Positions 44,679 to 54,923 of a stretch of 64,000 nt of DNA are shown one piece after another; positions within the stretch are counted from its first letter, which is position 1, and each line of letters begins with the position of its first letter. A program made the translations under genes and the position numbers. The notes beneath the pieces are model-generated. The model saw only the letters and a program-made list of their open reading frames with translations. It ran no database searches and was not told where the DNA came from. The stretch comes from a virus (lineage: Duplodnaviria > Caudoviricetes), in the IMG/VR virus record IMGVR_UViG_2773857812_000003, positions 17,913 through 81,912 of that record, one strand, 5' to 3'.

Positions 44679-45701
44679 TCAGTTCGAGCTGTGGATCCGG
44701 ATCGCCAGTCGGGGCCGCTTGTTGACCGGCAGGATCGAGGCCTCGGTCATCAGGTCGATCCAGCGGCCCTTCTCGTCGAGATGCTGGCGGGCATAGAGCG
44801 GCAGGCCGATGGTATTGGCGGTTTCCAAGAGGTTCGCCGGGCCGCCATAGGTGGTGAAGGTGTCCATGGTGCCCAAGGGAAAGGCAATGCCTTCGCCTGC
44901 GGGCACCAGCCGTTCGGTGGCTTTGGTCGATAGCGTGACCGCGCCGGAATATTCCTCGAACAGGATGCCCGCGAAGGGGAAGTTGCGGCGCATGTCCTCG
45001 CGCAAGGGCTGGGCGCCGGTCGCGGCGTAGAACTTGTAGGCTTCCTCGACCTTGGCATGGCCGATCAGCTTGTCGAAGAACTCGCGGCTGACCAGCGCAT
45101 GCACGCCGGTCATTGCCTCGCCGAGCAGGTTGTCCTCGATGGCGCGCAAGACCTCGCGAACCTTGGCCTGCACATTGGTGCCGGCGGTGCCCAGCAGGAA
45201 ATCCACGGAAATCTGGGTCAGCCCGAATTCGGTGAAGTAATTGTAGAGGGCCGCGCCCGCCCCGTCCTTCACGATGCCGCGCAGCGCGTTCATCTCCATG
45301 TATTCGCGGGTCTGGGCATGCTTGCGGCGCATCAGCATCAGCTTGCGGCTCATGACGCCAACCAGCGGATCGGCCGCATCCGAGACCCCGAGCGCCGGAA
45401 CTCCCTGGATATCGGCGGGCAGGATCACATCATCATGCGGGATCCATGGCAGGGCGAAGCTGCGCATGGACCGGCCCTCGCGGGTGCCGACGGTGGCGGG
45501 ACCACCCATTGGGACCGAGGGCAGCAGGCTCAGCACACCCTCATATTGCTCGATGATCACCGAGCGCTGGCTGACGCCTTCGAAGCGGAACAGCCCGAGC
45601 TGGCCGAGGCGGGTATGGAGATCGGGCAGGATATTGATGGCCTGCGTCATCTCGGCCAGCGAATAGCCGCCGGCGTCAAAAGGATTGCGGGTGATGGTCA
45701 T
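44679..45701 (-). CDS. Major capsid protein, lambda gpE family
   Basis: LAEMTQAIN, TREYMEMNALRG, FPFAGILFEEY. Confidence 0.9.
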   Translation of the reverse strand: MTITRNPFDAGGYSLAEMTQAINILPDLHTRLGQLGLFRFEGVSQRSVIIEQYEGVLSLLPSVPMGGPATVGTREGRSMRSFALPWIPHDDVILPADIQGVPALGVSDAADPLVGVMSRKLMLMRRKHAQTREYMEMNALRGIVKDGAGAALYNYFTEFGLTQISVDFLLGTAGTNVQAKVREVLRAIEDNLLGEAMTGVHALVSREFFDKLIGHAKVEEAYKFYAATGAQPLREDMRRNFPFAGILFEEYSGAVTLSTKATERLVPAGEGIAFPLGTMDTFTTYGGPANLLETANTIGLPLYARQHLDEKGRWIDLMTEASILPVNKRPRLAIRIHSSN

Positions 45702-45746
45702 GGGAGGACTCCGGGGATGATGGGGGAGGACTGTCGATGTGACGCG

Positions 45747-46127
45747 TCAGGCGCCGTCACGGGTGACGATGCCGACGGTGACCAGTTCGGCGATCTTGGC
45801 GGCAGTCTTGGTGGCGTCATCGACGCTGGCGTCGAAGACGAGGCCTGCGCGCGAGACGATGGCGGGGCCCCGGGCCACCACGATGCCGGTAGCGTCGGCC
45901 GCTGCGGCATCGGTGGCGTAAAGCAGCACCGCAGCGGCAGTCTCGGCCCCGTCCGAGCCGGTGGCGGGTGAGATTGTGTATTTGCCGCTGGCGGTGATCT
46001 GCCCCAGCACCGCGCCGGTGGGGTAGGCCGTGCCCGCGAGCAGTGTCACCACTTCGCGGCTGTAGTTCGGGTTCAGCTCGTATTTGAGGACATCGCCCAT
46101 CGAGGGCGGTTGCGTCAGGACGGGCAT
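45747..46127 (-). CDS. Head decoration protein (gpD-like)
   Basis: YSREVVTL...GAVLGQITASGKY...GAETAAAVL. Confidence 0.88.
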   Translation of the reverse strand: MPVLTQPPSMGDVLKYELNPNYSREVVTLLAGTAYPTGAVLGQITASGKYTISPATGSDGAETAAAVLLYATDAAAADATGIVVARGPAIVSRAGLVFDASVDDATKTAAKIAELVTVGIVTRDGA

Positions 46128-46168
46128 GGTTCAGGCTCCGGAGTGTCGGGGGAGGGGATGCGCCGGGA

Positions 46169-47488
46169 TCAGCGCGAGGCGGCGGATTTGCGGGCAGCGG
46201 CGACGATCGGGCTTTCCTTCGCCGTTACGGCCGGGGCGGTGGCGATGATGCCGGCGGCATCGCTGCGGGCGGCGAGATCGGCCAGGACCTTCGCACGCAG
46301 GGCCTCGGGCTTGATGCCGCGCGTCAGGGCATCGGCGGCGTCGATGCTGACGCCGAGCCGGGCGGCCTGCGCGCAGACTTGCGCAACCTCGGCCGCTTCG
46401 GCGCGGATGGCTTCGGGCGAGAGTGCCGCTTCCTCCTGCGGCGGGGTGACTGCAGGTTCCGGTTCCGGCGCTGGGTTCGCAGCCGGCGCGGAATCTGCAG
46501 CAGGCGCAGCGGTTGGTGCGGCATGGTCTTCGGGAGTAGTGGTCATCAGGAAGCCCTTTCCTCTGGGGGTGGATGTGCCGCGGGGTGCGGCGGCGAAGGC
46601 ACGGAAGGCGGTGACCGGATCGGCGACCTCGTCGGCGAGACCGGCAAAGACTGCCGCCTCGCCCCGGAACACGGCCGCCTCGGTGCCAAGCGCGCTCAGG
46701 GTGTCGAGGCGCTGGCCCCGACCTTCGGCGACGGTTTCGGCGAAGAGCTGGCGCAGATCCTCGAGCTCGCCCGCGATCCGGGCGTGCACAGACTCCGGCA
46801 GCGGCTGGTACGGATTGGCATCCACCTTGCGGGCGCCGGCATGGATCAGGGTGACGGCAATGCCCTGTCTGTCCAGTGCCCCGCTCATGTCACTGTGCAT
46901 GGCCACCACGCCGATGCTGCCCACCGTGCCGGTGCGGGGCAGGATGATGCGATCGGCCTGCGAGGCCAGCGCATAACCGGCAGACAAGGCATGATCGGCG
47001 ACGAAGGCCTGCACGGGTTTGACCTGACGCGCCGCGCGGATGCGGTCGGCCAGATCGAAGGCGCCGGCCACCTCGCCGCCGAAACTGTCGATGTCCAGCG
47101 CAATGCCGCGGATGGCCGGATCGGAAAGCGCTGCCTGCAGCTGCGCGGCGATGCCCTCATAGGAGGTGAGCCCCGAGGACTGCCCGATCCAGGTGCCGCG
47201 GTGGACCAGCGTGCCGGCGATCTCGATCACCGCGATGCCGTTGACGACGGCGAAGGGCTGGCCGCCGCACTGCGCCTGGCGGCGGGCGAGGTCGTCACCG
47301 AACAGCGAGGATCGAGCGGGCAGGGCAGCCGCATTCGGATCCGCTGCTTCCACTTCTAGCCCTTGGAAAGTGATGTCCTGTCCGGTGATCCGGGGACCAA
47401 GGCCGGTGATGAAGGCCAGCGCCTTGGCGGGATCGACCATCAGGGGTGTGTTGAACACCCGCTGGGCGATTTGCATGTGATGCATCAT
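46169..47488 (-). CDS. Prohead protease S49 with scaffold-like C-terminus (gpC/Nu3-like)
   Basis: LDIDSFGGEV, ALSAGYALAS, VGSIGV; possible internal start at MTTTPED. Confidence 0.9.
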   Translation of the reverse strand: MMHHMQIAQRVFNTPLMVDPAKALAFITGLGPRITGQDITFQGLEVEAADPNAAALPARSSLFGDDLARRQAQCGGQPFAVVNGIAVIEIAGTLVHRGTWIGQSSGLTSYEGIAAQLQAALSDPAIRGIALDIDSFGGEVAGAFDLADRIRAARQVKPVQAFVADHALSAGYALASQADRIILPRTGTVGSIGVVAMHSDMSGALDRQGIAVTLIHAGARKVDANPYQPLPESVHARIAGELEDLRQLFAETVAEGRGQRLDTLSALGTEAAVFRGEAAVFAGLADEVADPVTAFRAFAAAPRGTSTPRGKGFLMTTTPEDHAAPTAAPAADSAPAANPAPEPEPAVTPPQEEAALSPEAIRAEAAEVAQVCAQAARLGVSIDAADALTRGIKPEALRAKVLADLAARSDAAGIIATAPAVTAKESPIVAAARKSAASR

Positions 47489-48984
47489 CCCTCCTCCGGA
47501 CGCGGGGGTTTCCGGTCCTCGCCCTCATCGTCCTGAGTGTCATTGTCCTGCGCGTCGGCCTGCTGGTCCTCGGTGTCGTCGCTCCCCGCTGCCTGCGCGG
47601 GCGACCCCGGCCGCCGGAAGTCCAGCCCCATTTCTGCTTCGCGCTGGCGCTCGGCGGCGATTTCCCGGTCGACCTGTTCGGCGTCAAAGCCGCGCTCGGC
47701 GATGGCCTGAGTCCGGGACTTCAGGCCCGCCTCGATCTGCAGGATCTCAGCCGAGGCGTCCTTGGCCGGGTCGATCCAGTCCCACTTGGTGGGCAACCAG
47801 TCGCAGGCGAGGTATTGCCGCCGCTCCGCGGCATAGCTTGGCAGTTCGATGGCGCCTGCCAGCACGGCCATGTCCAGCCAGCGCGTCCAGACCGCCCGGC
47901 AGAGCTGATAGACCATGACCGAATGCTGGAAAGCCGAGATGCGGCGGCGGAAGTCGATCAGCGCAATGCGGGTGTTCGAGAAGTTCCCCTTGGCGGTGTC
48001 GCCGGTGAGATAGCCATAGGGCACACCCAGCGCCGCGCCGATCTGCAACAGCGTGCGATACTGGAAGGGTTCATAAGTGCTGCCCGAGTCCGGGGTGGCG
48101 GGCGTGGTGACATCCTCGCCCGGGTCGAGCCGCACCACCTGGCCGGGTTCGACCTCCAAGTCCTCGTCGGCCGGATCGAGGGCGGTTTCCGGGGCGGGCG
48201 AGGTGATGAACATCGCAAACATCGCCGCGGTCTTCTTCCGCTCCAATTCCGCATCGTCGTAAAGGTCCAGCGTGAAGAGCTTCACCACGGCGGCGGCAAA
48301 GCGCGACACCCCGCGCAGCTGCCCCGCCTCGACCGGATCGAGGATGTGGATCACCTCGGAGGCCGGAACCCGGACGGTTTCCCCGGCCAGTCCCGGATCG
48401 GTCATGTCGCCCGGGTGTCGGCGCAGGAAGTGATAGGCCACCCGCCGCCCGATGCCATCGAATTCGATGCCCGCCCGGATCGAACCGGCGCCGGGCAGGC
48501 TGCGGTTCATATGCATCGGCAGCATTTCCGAGGGCAGCATCTGCAGCTGCATCGGTACGGTGAGGCCGTCCTCGGGGCGGCGGGTGCGGATGCGCAGGAA
48601 GACCTCCCCGGCCAGAAACACCTCGCGCGCCGCCCGGCGCTGGATGCCGTAGAAATCGGTCAACCCCTCGGCATCGGCCTCGTCGGTCCAGGCCAGCCAC
48701 AGCTTCTGAAGTTCTTCCTTCTGTCCTGCGTCCGCGATCTTCGACGAGGGCTTGATCCCGTCGCCGACGACGTGGTTGGCGAAGGCATCGACGGCATTCG
48801 CGGCATAGCCGTTGTTTCTGACCAGCCAGCGGGCGCGGGCGGTGATGGTCTCGCCCGAGGCGGCGATCAGCGTGTTGACATGGGCGCGGCTGGCGCGAAA
48901 GCCGCGCATGCGGCGTTGCGACTGTGCGGCGTCAAACCCGCCGATGATGCCGCCAAGACGCTGGCGGAAGGCGTCGAAGACCAT
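47485..48984 (-). CDS. Portal protein, lambda gpB family
   Basis: ARWLVRNNGYA, GQLRGVS, NFSNTR, WIDPAKD. Confidence 0.93.
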   Translation of the reverse strand: MVFDAFRQRLGGIIGGFDAAQSQRRMRGFRASRAHVNTLIAASGETITARARWLVRNNGYAANAVDAFANHVVGDGIKPSSKIADAGQKEELQKLWLAWTDEADAEGLTDFYGIQRRAAREVFLAGEVFLRIRTRRPEDGLTVPMQLQMLPSEMLPMHMNRSLPGAGSIRAGIEFDGIGRRVAYHFLRRHPGDMTDPGLAGETVRVPASEVIHILDPVEAGQLRGVSRFAAAVVKLFTLDLYDDAELERKKTAAMFAMFITSPAPETALDPADEDLEVEPGQVVRLDPGEDVTTPATPDSGSTYEPFQYRTLLQIGAALGVPYGYLTGDTAKGNFSNTRIALIDFRRRISAFQHSVMVYQLCRAVWTRWLDMAVLAGAIELPSYAAERRQYLACDWLPTKWDWIDPAKDASAEILQIEAGLKSRTQAIAERGFDAEQVDREIAAERQREAEMGLDFRRPGSPAQAAGSDDTEDQQADAQDNDTQDDEGEDRKPPRPEEG

Positions 48985-48987
48985 GGC

Positions 48988-49203
48988 TTACAGCCCCTTC
49001 GTCGCGACCGTGCCCCAGCGACGGCGCCGGGCAGGGGCGCCGCTGACAGCTGCGATGCGCGCCTCCAGATCGCGGATCGCCGCCGCCAGTTCGGCGTCCG
49101 AGCCATAACTCACGGTCTTGCCGTCGTAACTCACGCTGCGCAGCCCGGCGAAGCGCGCCTCCTGCAGCGCCGTCAGCAGCGCCTGCATCCGGTCCAGTTC
49201 CAT
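48988..49203 (-). CDS. gpW-like head-tail joining protein
   Basis: LRSVSYDGKTVSYGSDAEL. Confidence 0.85.
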   Translation of the reverse strand: MELDRMQALLTALQEARFAGLRSVSYDGKTVSYGSDAELAAAIRDLEARIAAVSGAPARRRRWGTVATKGL

Positions 49204-51242
49204 CAGTCCCTCATGAAGTTCGGGGTGTAAGCCCGCCGTTTCCGGCGCGGCGTGGTCAGGGTGCCGGCCTTTGGCTGGGCCGGTTCCGGCGTGGTGGCAT
49301 CAGATGGCACGGCAGCAGGCATGCGGGTTTCGACCCCGGCCTGCGCTTCGAGCCGCCGCCAGGTGGCCTCGTCCCAGCGATCCGCGCCGAGGATCCACGC
49401 GGCGGCCCTTGCATAGACCCGGCAGTCCAGCGCCTCGTTGCGTTCCCGCATCTTCTGCCATTCCTGATGGGAATAGCCGCGCTTGTTGCGGATGGTGACC
49501 AGCTGTTCGGCCACCAGTTGCTTCAGCCATTCGCTGTCGATCCAGTCGGGCAGGTGGATCGTGCCGGGGGCGTCGAGCGCCCCCAGCGCCCGGTCTTCAT
49601 CGCTCGGCCGTTCCAGCCGCAGGTAGCGATAGGTCTCGGCCTTGAAGCTGGCGGTGGCTACCGACCACAGCCGCGCGCCCCGGCGCAGACGTTTGCCGCC
49701 GATGGTGGCGTCGACGAAGGTCGGGCCCGAGACCGGCGTGGCGCGGTTGAAGCCTTCCAGCCCCTTCAGCGGCGCGACCTGTTCGAAACCGGCCCTGCGC
49801 GACCAGGCATAGACCGTCGGCGCCTCGTAGCCGGTGTCGATCCCGAGTTTTGCCACCGTCATGAAAGCGCCATTGGCATGCTGCCACGAGCGGCCCAACA
49901 GCGCGGTCAGCTGATCCCAGCAGGTGGGATCATCCGGCCCGCCCGGAATGACGATGTGATCGACGAGCCAGCTTTCCAGCCCCCGGCCCCAGGCCCAGAC
50001 ATCGACCTCGATCCGGTCCTTCTGCACGTCCGCACCTGCGGTCAGGAACAGCCCCGCCATGGGCACCGTGCCCGGCTTCCACACCTCCCGCCGATCCGCC
50101 AGCCGCTGCCATTCCGGCGCATCGCCCGACTCCACCCATGTCTCGCCCAGAAGCGTGTTGCGCGCCGCGCGCAGCATCTCCTCGGAGCCCTGCGCCGCCA
50201 GCCAGTCCCGTGCGATGTCCGCCCAACTTTTCCAGCCGAGCGGCGAATAGAGCGCCGAGAGGTGGAAGCCGATGGCCTTAGGATCGGTCGCAACTGCCGT
50301 CGCCCGCCATTCGCCCCGTTCCAGCATCTGCGTCTTGTGGTGCTCGGCGATGGGGCGTTCGCATCCCTCGCAATGATAGGCGGCGGTTTCCGGTTTTCCC
50401 TTCGCCCAGCGCAGCCGGTCGAACTGCAGCCATTGCATCGCCCCACAATGCGGACAGGGCACGAAATAGCGGCGCTGGTCAGATGCCTCGAACTCGCGTT
50501 CGATGCGCGACAACCCCCGGATCGTGGGCGTCGAGACCATGAACACCTTGCGCCGATGCGCGAAGGTGGTGGTCCGCGCCTCGGCCAGGGTGACCGGATC
50601 GCCCTCCTCGTCAGCCGAGGCCGGATAGGCGTCGACCTCGTCCATGAAGACGTAACGCGCCGGCATCGAGCGCAACCCGGTGGCGCTGTTGGCGCCGGTC
50701 AGCACCAGGATGCCGCCCTGAAACTCCTTCGACAGCATCGAGTTGCCGGCGTCGCGCGAGCGGGCCGGATTGACGAGCGCGCGCAAAGCCGGGCTTTCCG
50801 CGATCAGCGGGTCAAGACGGCCGCGCGATGTGCGCTTGGCCATCTCGACCGTCGGCAGCACCGCCAGCATCGGGCCGGGTGCATGGTGGATGACGAAGCC
50901 GATCCAGTTGTTGCCGGCCTCGGTGGCCCCGACCTGCGCCGCCTTCATGAAGCTGATCCGCTGCGCCGGATGGCGGGGCGACAGCGCATCCATGATCCCG
51001 CGCAGATAGGGGGTGCGCGCCGTCCGATACCGCCCCGGCTCGGCCGAGGCGCGTGACGACAGCCAGCGATGCTGATCCGCCCATTCCGACACCGTCAGGT
51101 CCGGATCGGGGCGCATGCCGCTGCGCCAGACCCGCAGCAGATCCTCGGCACCGTCAAACCCGAGGTCGAGGCCGTCGGTCAGGTCATCGCTATCCGAGGG
51201 AGACCCTGAGATCGGCGAGGGCGTCGAGTTGCGCTCTGACAT
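49203..51242 (-). CDS. Terminase large subunit, GpA family (start uncertain)
   Basis: KAAQVGATE, MDEVDAYP, CPHC, RNEALDCRVYA. Confidence 0.95.
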   Translation of the reverse strand: MSERNSTPSPISGSPSDSDDLTDGLDLGFDGAEDLLRVWRSGMRPDPDLTVSEWADQHRWLSSRASAEPGRYRTARTPYLRGIMDALSPRHPAQRISFMKAAQVGATEAGNNWIGFVIHHAPGPMLAVLPTVEMAKRTSRGRLDPLIAESPALRALVNPARSRDAGNSMLSKEFQGGILVLTGANSATGLRSMPARYVFMDEVDAYPASADEEGDPVTLAEARTTTFAHRRKVFMVSTPTIRGLSRIEREFEASDQRRYFVPCPHCGAMQWLQFDRLRWAKGKPETAAYHCEGCERPIAEHHKTQMLERGEWRATAVATDPKAIGFHLSALYSPLGWKSWADIARDWLAAQGSEEMLRAARNTLLGETWVESGDAPEWQRLADRREVWKPGTVPMAGLFLTAGADVQKDRIEVDVWAWGRGLESWLVDHIVIPGGPDDPTCWDQLTALLGRSWQHANGAFMTVAKLGIDTGYEAPTVYAWSRRAGFEQVAPLKGLEGFNRATPVSGPTFVDATIGGKRLRRGARLWSVATASFKAETYRYLRLERPSDEDRALGALDAPGTIHLPDWIDSEWLKQLVAEQLVTIRNKRGYSHQEWQKMRERNEALDCRVYARAAAWILGADRWDEATWRRLEAQAGVETRMPAAVPSDATTPEPAQPKAGTLTTPRRKRRAYTPNFMRD

Positions 51243-51726
51243 GGGTTTCCAGCACCCTCTGCAGGATCGCGGCCTCGATGATCACCGGCTTGGCCGTTTG
51301 CTTTTCCACCTCCGCAGCCACTTCGGCCGCCATCAGCGCCGCCACCCGGGCAGGCCAGGTCACCCAGACATCGCGTTCCTGCCGCGCGAGGCGGAACACC
51401 AGCGTTTCGGCGCGGGCGCGATCCACCAGCGTGCCCTTCTTCTTCTGGATCCCCAGCTGCTTTTCCTGCGCCTGGTAGACCGTCAGCGCGGTGCGGGCCT
51501 TCAGATAGGACGAACTGTCGGCCGGGCCGGAAAACGCGGTATCGCCACCGGTGCTGCGCCGCTGCTGGTCCGGATCGGTCATCTCCGCCCGCCGCACATC
51601 GGACGCCGCCGCGTTGATCGAGCCATCGTCGTACACCACCAGCCGACTGGCTCTGCGCGCCTTCTGGATCGCCCCGCGCGACAGACCGGAATGGGCGGAA
51701 TACTCCCGCTCGCTCATACCTTTCAT
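51190..51726 (-). CDS. Terminase small subunit
   Basis: MKGMSEREYSAHSGLSRGAIQKA HTH; homolog of 3820-4425. Confidence 0.8.
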   Translation of the reverse strand: MKGMSEREYSAHSGLSRGAIQKARRASRLVVYDDGSINAAASDVRRAEMTDPDQQRRSTGGDTAFSGPADSSSYLKARTALTVYQAQEKQLGIQKKKGTLVDRARAETLVFRLARQERDVWVTWPARVAALMAAEVAAEVEKQTAKPVIIEAAILQRVLETHVRAQLDALADLRVSLG

Positions 51727-51854
51727 GGCGGCTCCGAAAGTCTCAACTGATTGCAAATAAACGGAAATAATGCATGATTTTGGTTGATTACACTCCGCGC
51801 AAGAGCGATTCCAATGGTACGGAAACGATGCACTTCAACCCCCGGAGCCTCTTC

Positions 51855-52076
51855 ATGACCATGGCCATCACCACCATCCGCCTCGATTACGCCGCCCTGC
51901 CGGCGCGCTTCGATCCCGGCCGCAAGAACGCCATCGCCGAGGCGATCGAGGCGGAACTGCGCGGGCACGGCATCAAGGCCGACGCCTCGGACGTGATCTC
52001 GCATCTCAAGATCGAACTGCCGACCGCACAGCTGGCCGCCGCCAGCGCCGTGCTGGCCGATCTGCAGCTGATCTGA
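51855..52076 (+). CDS. Conserved small prophage protein
   Basis: Homolog of 4573-4794. Confidence 0.8.
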   Translation: MTMAITTIRLDYAALPARFDPGRKNAIAEAIEAELRGHGIKADASDVISHLKIELPTAQLAAASAVLADLQLI

Positions 52077-52085
52077 GGCAGGCCG

Positions 52086-52313
52086 ATGAGCAACCGCCGC
52101 GCCACCGATAACACAAAGGCCCTTGCCGCCTTCGTCGGACGGAAAGCCGAGATCGACGCCATGCTGGCGCGTCTGCAGGCGCTCAGCGCCGACCATTTCA
52201 ACTTGAGCCCCGAGGAGGTGAACTCGGGCGATGTCGGCACGCTGGAGCATTACGCCAGCCTGCTGCGCCGGATCACCGACTCTGCCTTCAAGGAGGGCGA
52301 ACATGCCGCTTGA
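52086..52313 (+). CDS. Conserved small prophage protein
   Basis: Homolog of 4817-5044. Confidence 0.85.
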   Translation: MSNRRATDNTKALAAFVGRKAEIDAMLARLQALSADHFNLSPEEVNSGDVGTLEHYASLLRRITDSAFKEGEHAA

Positions 52314-52527
52314 CCCCGCCCAGCGCCACCAGATCGAACAGGACGCCATCACCGCCGCATGGGAGGCCGAGCGCCTCGCCGCCTGCGATGATGCCATCGC
52401 CCTGCTGCGTGAGATCGCCGATCTGGAAACCGACGACGATGGCGACATGATCCTTGGGGCCGATGCGGATGGCCACAACGACCTGCTGTCGCGCATCGCG
52501 GCCTTCCTTGCCAGCCACGACCAGTAA
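52303..52527 (+). CDS. Hypothetical protein
   Basis: AGGAGG RBS; MPLDPAQRHQIEQDAI. Confidence 0.75.
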   Translation: MPLDPAQRHQIEQDAITAAWEAERLAACDDAIALLREIADLETDDDGDMILGADADGHNDLLSRIAAFLASHDQ

Positions 52528-52539
52528 CAGGAACCCGCC

Positions 52540-53109
52540 ATGACGAAACTCACCGAAACCCAGACCATCATCCTCAGCGCCGGGGCCCAGCGCCCTGACA
52601 ACATCGCCCTGCCGCTGCCCAAGGGGCTGGCCGGGGCGGCGGCGAAGATGGCCGTCACGAGGATGATCGGCCACGGCTGGCTGCAGGAGGTCGATGCCAA
52701 CCTGCACCGGGGCGAGCCGCTCTGGCGCGAGACCGGCGATGGTCATGGCACCACGCTGGTGGTCACCGAGGCGGGCCTGCTGGCCATCGGGATCGAGCCA
52801 GCGGTGGCCAGCGCCGTTGCTGGCGCGCAGAATACAAAGCCGACACCGAAACCAGCGCCGACGCTCGACGCCGCCGACACCATGAAACCCGTCGCTATCC
52901 GTGTGGGCACGAAGCAGGCGCAGATCATCGCCATGCTTCAGCGCCCCGACGGCGCCACCGTCGCCGAGATGGTCGAGGCGACTTCGTGGCAGGCACACAG
53001 CGTGCGTGGAATGATCTCCGGGTCGCTGAAGAAGAAGCTGGGCCTGCCCATCGCCTCGGAGAAGGTCGAGGGCAGGGGAACGGTGTACTCCCTCGCCGCT
53101 GGCGTCTGA
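52540..53109 (+). CDS. DUF3489-like winged-helix protein
   Basis: TKQAQIIAMLQRPDGAT...WQAHSVRGMISGSLKKKLGL. Confidence 0.85.
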   Translation: MTKLTETQTIILSAGAQRPDNIALPLPKGLAGAAAKMAVTRMIGHGWLQEVDANLHRGEPLWRETGDGHGTTLVVTEAGLLAIGIEPAVASAVAGAQNTKPTPKPAPTLDAADTMKPVAIRVGTKQAQIIAMLQRPDGATVAEMVEATSWQAHSVRGMISGSLKKKLGLPIASEKVEGRGTVYSLAAGV

Positions 53110-53225
53110 TCAACAGACGCCAGCTTCTGCACGAACCGCAGCCCACAGCCTTGCCCATCGCGCAATCGTCTGGGCAGCGGTGCGTGCCTCATTCCTGCGC
53201 TTGAAGCATCGCTCCGCCAAGCACA

Positions 53226-53558
53226 TCATTCTTTTTCGTTCGGCGAACCATAATTCCACCCCTGAACTTGGTGAAAATACGGGGTCCAATCTGAACGACG
53301 CCCCAAACGGAGCAGGTACTCGGTCGCAATGCCTCTTTCCCAGTCGTAGCTCCCCGAGAATTCGTCAAGGAATCCGAGCAGGTGATAAAAGGCTTGAGGA
53401 CCGATTTCATAGTACAGCGTACCGCCAATGTAGTCTTGTTGACCCTCGGCCCGGCTTTCAACGATGCCCTTGTGAAGCAAAAGCATCACCTCATCGACGA
53501 CCTTCCGGACGTCGTCTTCCTCCATGCCGAGATTCTTGGCAGCTTCAGCGGTAATCAT
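53226..53558 (-). CDS. Hypothetical protein (AT-richer insert after the MTases)
   Basis: 110-aa ORF with AGGG RBS; occupies the slot of the membrane gene seen in prophage 1. Confidence 0.7.
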   Translation of the reverse strand: MITAEAAKNLGMEEDDVRKVVDEVMLLLHKGIVESRAEGQQDYIGGTLYYEIGPQAFYHLLGFLDEFSGSYDWERGIATEYLLRLGRRSDWTPYFHQVQGWNYGSPNEKE

Positions 53559-53591
53559 TCGTTCCCTACCGTTCCGTCTTGAGGCGGTCGT

Positions 53592-54923
53592 TCATTTCCC
53601 TTCTAACACTGCTTTCTTCCCGGTCGCCATCTCCCAGCGCCGCACGGCGACGTCGCAATAGGCCGGGTCCAGTTCCATGGCGAAGCAGCGTCGGCCGGTG
53701 CGTTCGGCCGCGACCAGCTGCGTGCCGGAGCCGCAGAACGGCTCGAAAATCAGATCGCCCGGATCGCTGAAGGCCCCGAGCACCGCCTCGACCAGCGCCA
53801 CCGGGAACACCGCCGGGTGCGATCCCGCTGCCCCCAGCCCGCCCTTGTGGCGCATGATGCGGAGCACAGAATCGGGGATGCGGTGGCTCTGGATCGCGTT
53901 GCCGGCCCCTCGCTTGGCGTGGACTGTGCCGTCGGCGCCGCGCAGCCCGCCGCCGCCCAAGGTCTCGCCTGCATGCTTCGACGGGACGGTCTTGTGCGGT
54001 TTGCGCGGCGCGCGGTTGAAATGGAAGATGAACTCGTGCGAGGGCGCGAGGCGGCCGTTCCAGTCGCCCGGCAAGCCCGGGCCCTGATCCCAGACATACC
54101 AGCCGAACCGCCGCCAGCCCTGCGCGCGCATCCAGTTGACCCAGCCCTCCCAATAAGGGATCCATTCGCCGTCACGATGCACGAGGCCGAGATTGACCAG
54201 CAGCTGGGCATCGGCGGTGACGGGCGCCGCGGCGAAGACGCCCTGCATCAGAGCATCCCAATCGCCGAGTTTTTCCTTCGCCGCGCCATACTCGCGCTGT
54301 TGGGCATAGGGTGGCGAGGTGAAGAGGAGCGAGGCCTGCGCGCCGTCCATCAGCCGCGACACCACGGACGGGTCGGTTGCATCACCGCAAATCAGGCGGT
54401 GATCGCCCAGCGTCCAAATGTCGCCTGCCTGGGTGATCGGCTCGGACGGGACCTCCGGGAGGGTGTCGGTCGCGTCATCATCGATGGGCGCGCGGTCGTT
54501 GTCGGCATCGTGCAACAGTGCGTCCAACTCGTCCTCGGCGATCCCGATCAACCCGAGGTCGAAATCCTCGGCCAGCAGCCCACGCAGTTCCTCGAGCAGC
54601 AGCGCCTCGTCCCACCCGCCCAATTCGGTCAGCTTGTTGTCGGCGATCCGATAGGCCCGGCGCTGCGCCTCGCTCAGATGCCCCAGCATGATGACGGGTG
54701 CCTCGGCCAAACCCAGCTGCGCGGCGGCCAGGACGCGGCCGTGGCCTGCGATCAGCTCGCCATCGGCGGCGACGAGGCAGGGCACGGTCCAGCCGAACTC
54801 GGCCATGCTGGCGGCGATCTTCGCCACCTGATTGGCGTCATGGGACTTGGCATTCCGGGCATAGGGCCGGAGGCGCGCAAGTGGCCAGTGCTCGATCCGG
54901 CCGGGCAGGAGGGGCGCATTCAT
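53592..54923 (-). CDS. ParB-domain DNA methyltransferase (TSPPY type)
   Basis: IAGHGRV, TSPPY, HPAVFP, EPFCGSGT. Confidence 0.92.
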   Translation of the reverse strand: MNAPLLPGRIEHWPLARLRPYARNAKSHDANQVAKIAASMAEFGWTVPCLVAADGELIAGHGRVLAAAQLGLAEAPVIMLGHLSEAQRRAYRIADNKLTELGGWDEALLLEELRGLLAEDFDLGLIGIAEDELDALLHDADNDRAPIDDDATDTLPEVPSEPITQAGDIWTLGDHRLICGDATDPSVVSRLMDGAQASLLFTSPPYAQQREYGAAKEKLGDWDALMQGVFAAAPVTADAQLLVNLGLVHRDGEWIPYWEGWVNWMRAQGWRRFGWYVWDQGPGLPGDWNGRLAPSHEFIFHFNRAPRKPHKTVPSKHAGETLGGGGLRGADGTVHAKRGAGNAIQSHRIPDSVLRIMRHKGGLGAAGSHPAVFPVALVEAVLGAFSDPGDLIFEPFCGSGTQLVAAERTGRRCFAMELDPAYCDVAVRRWEMATGKKAVLEGK

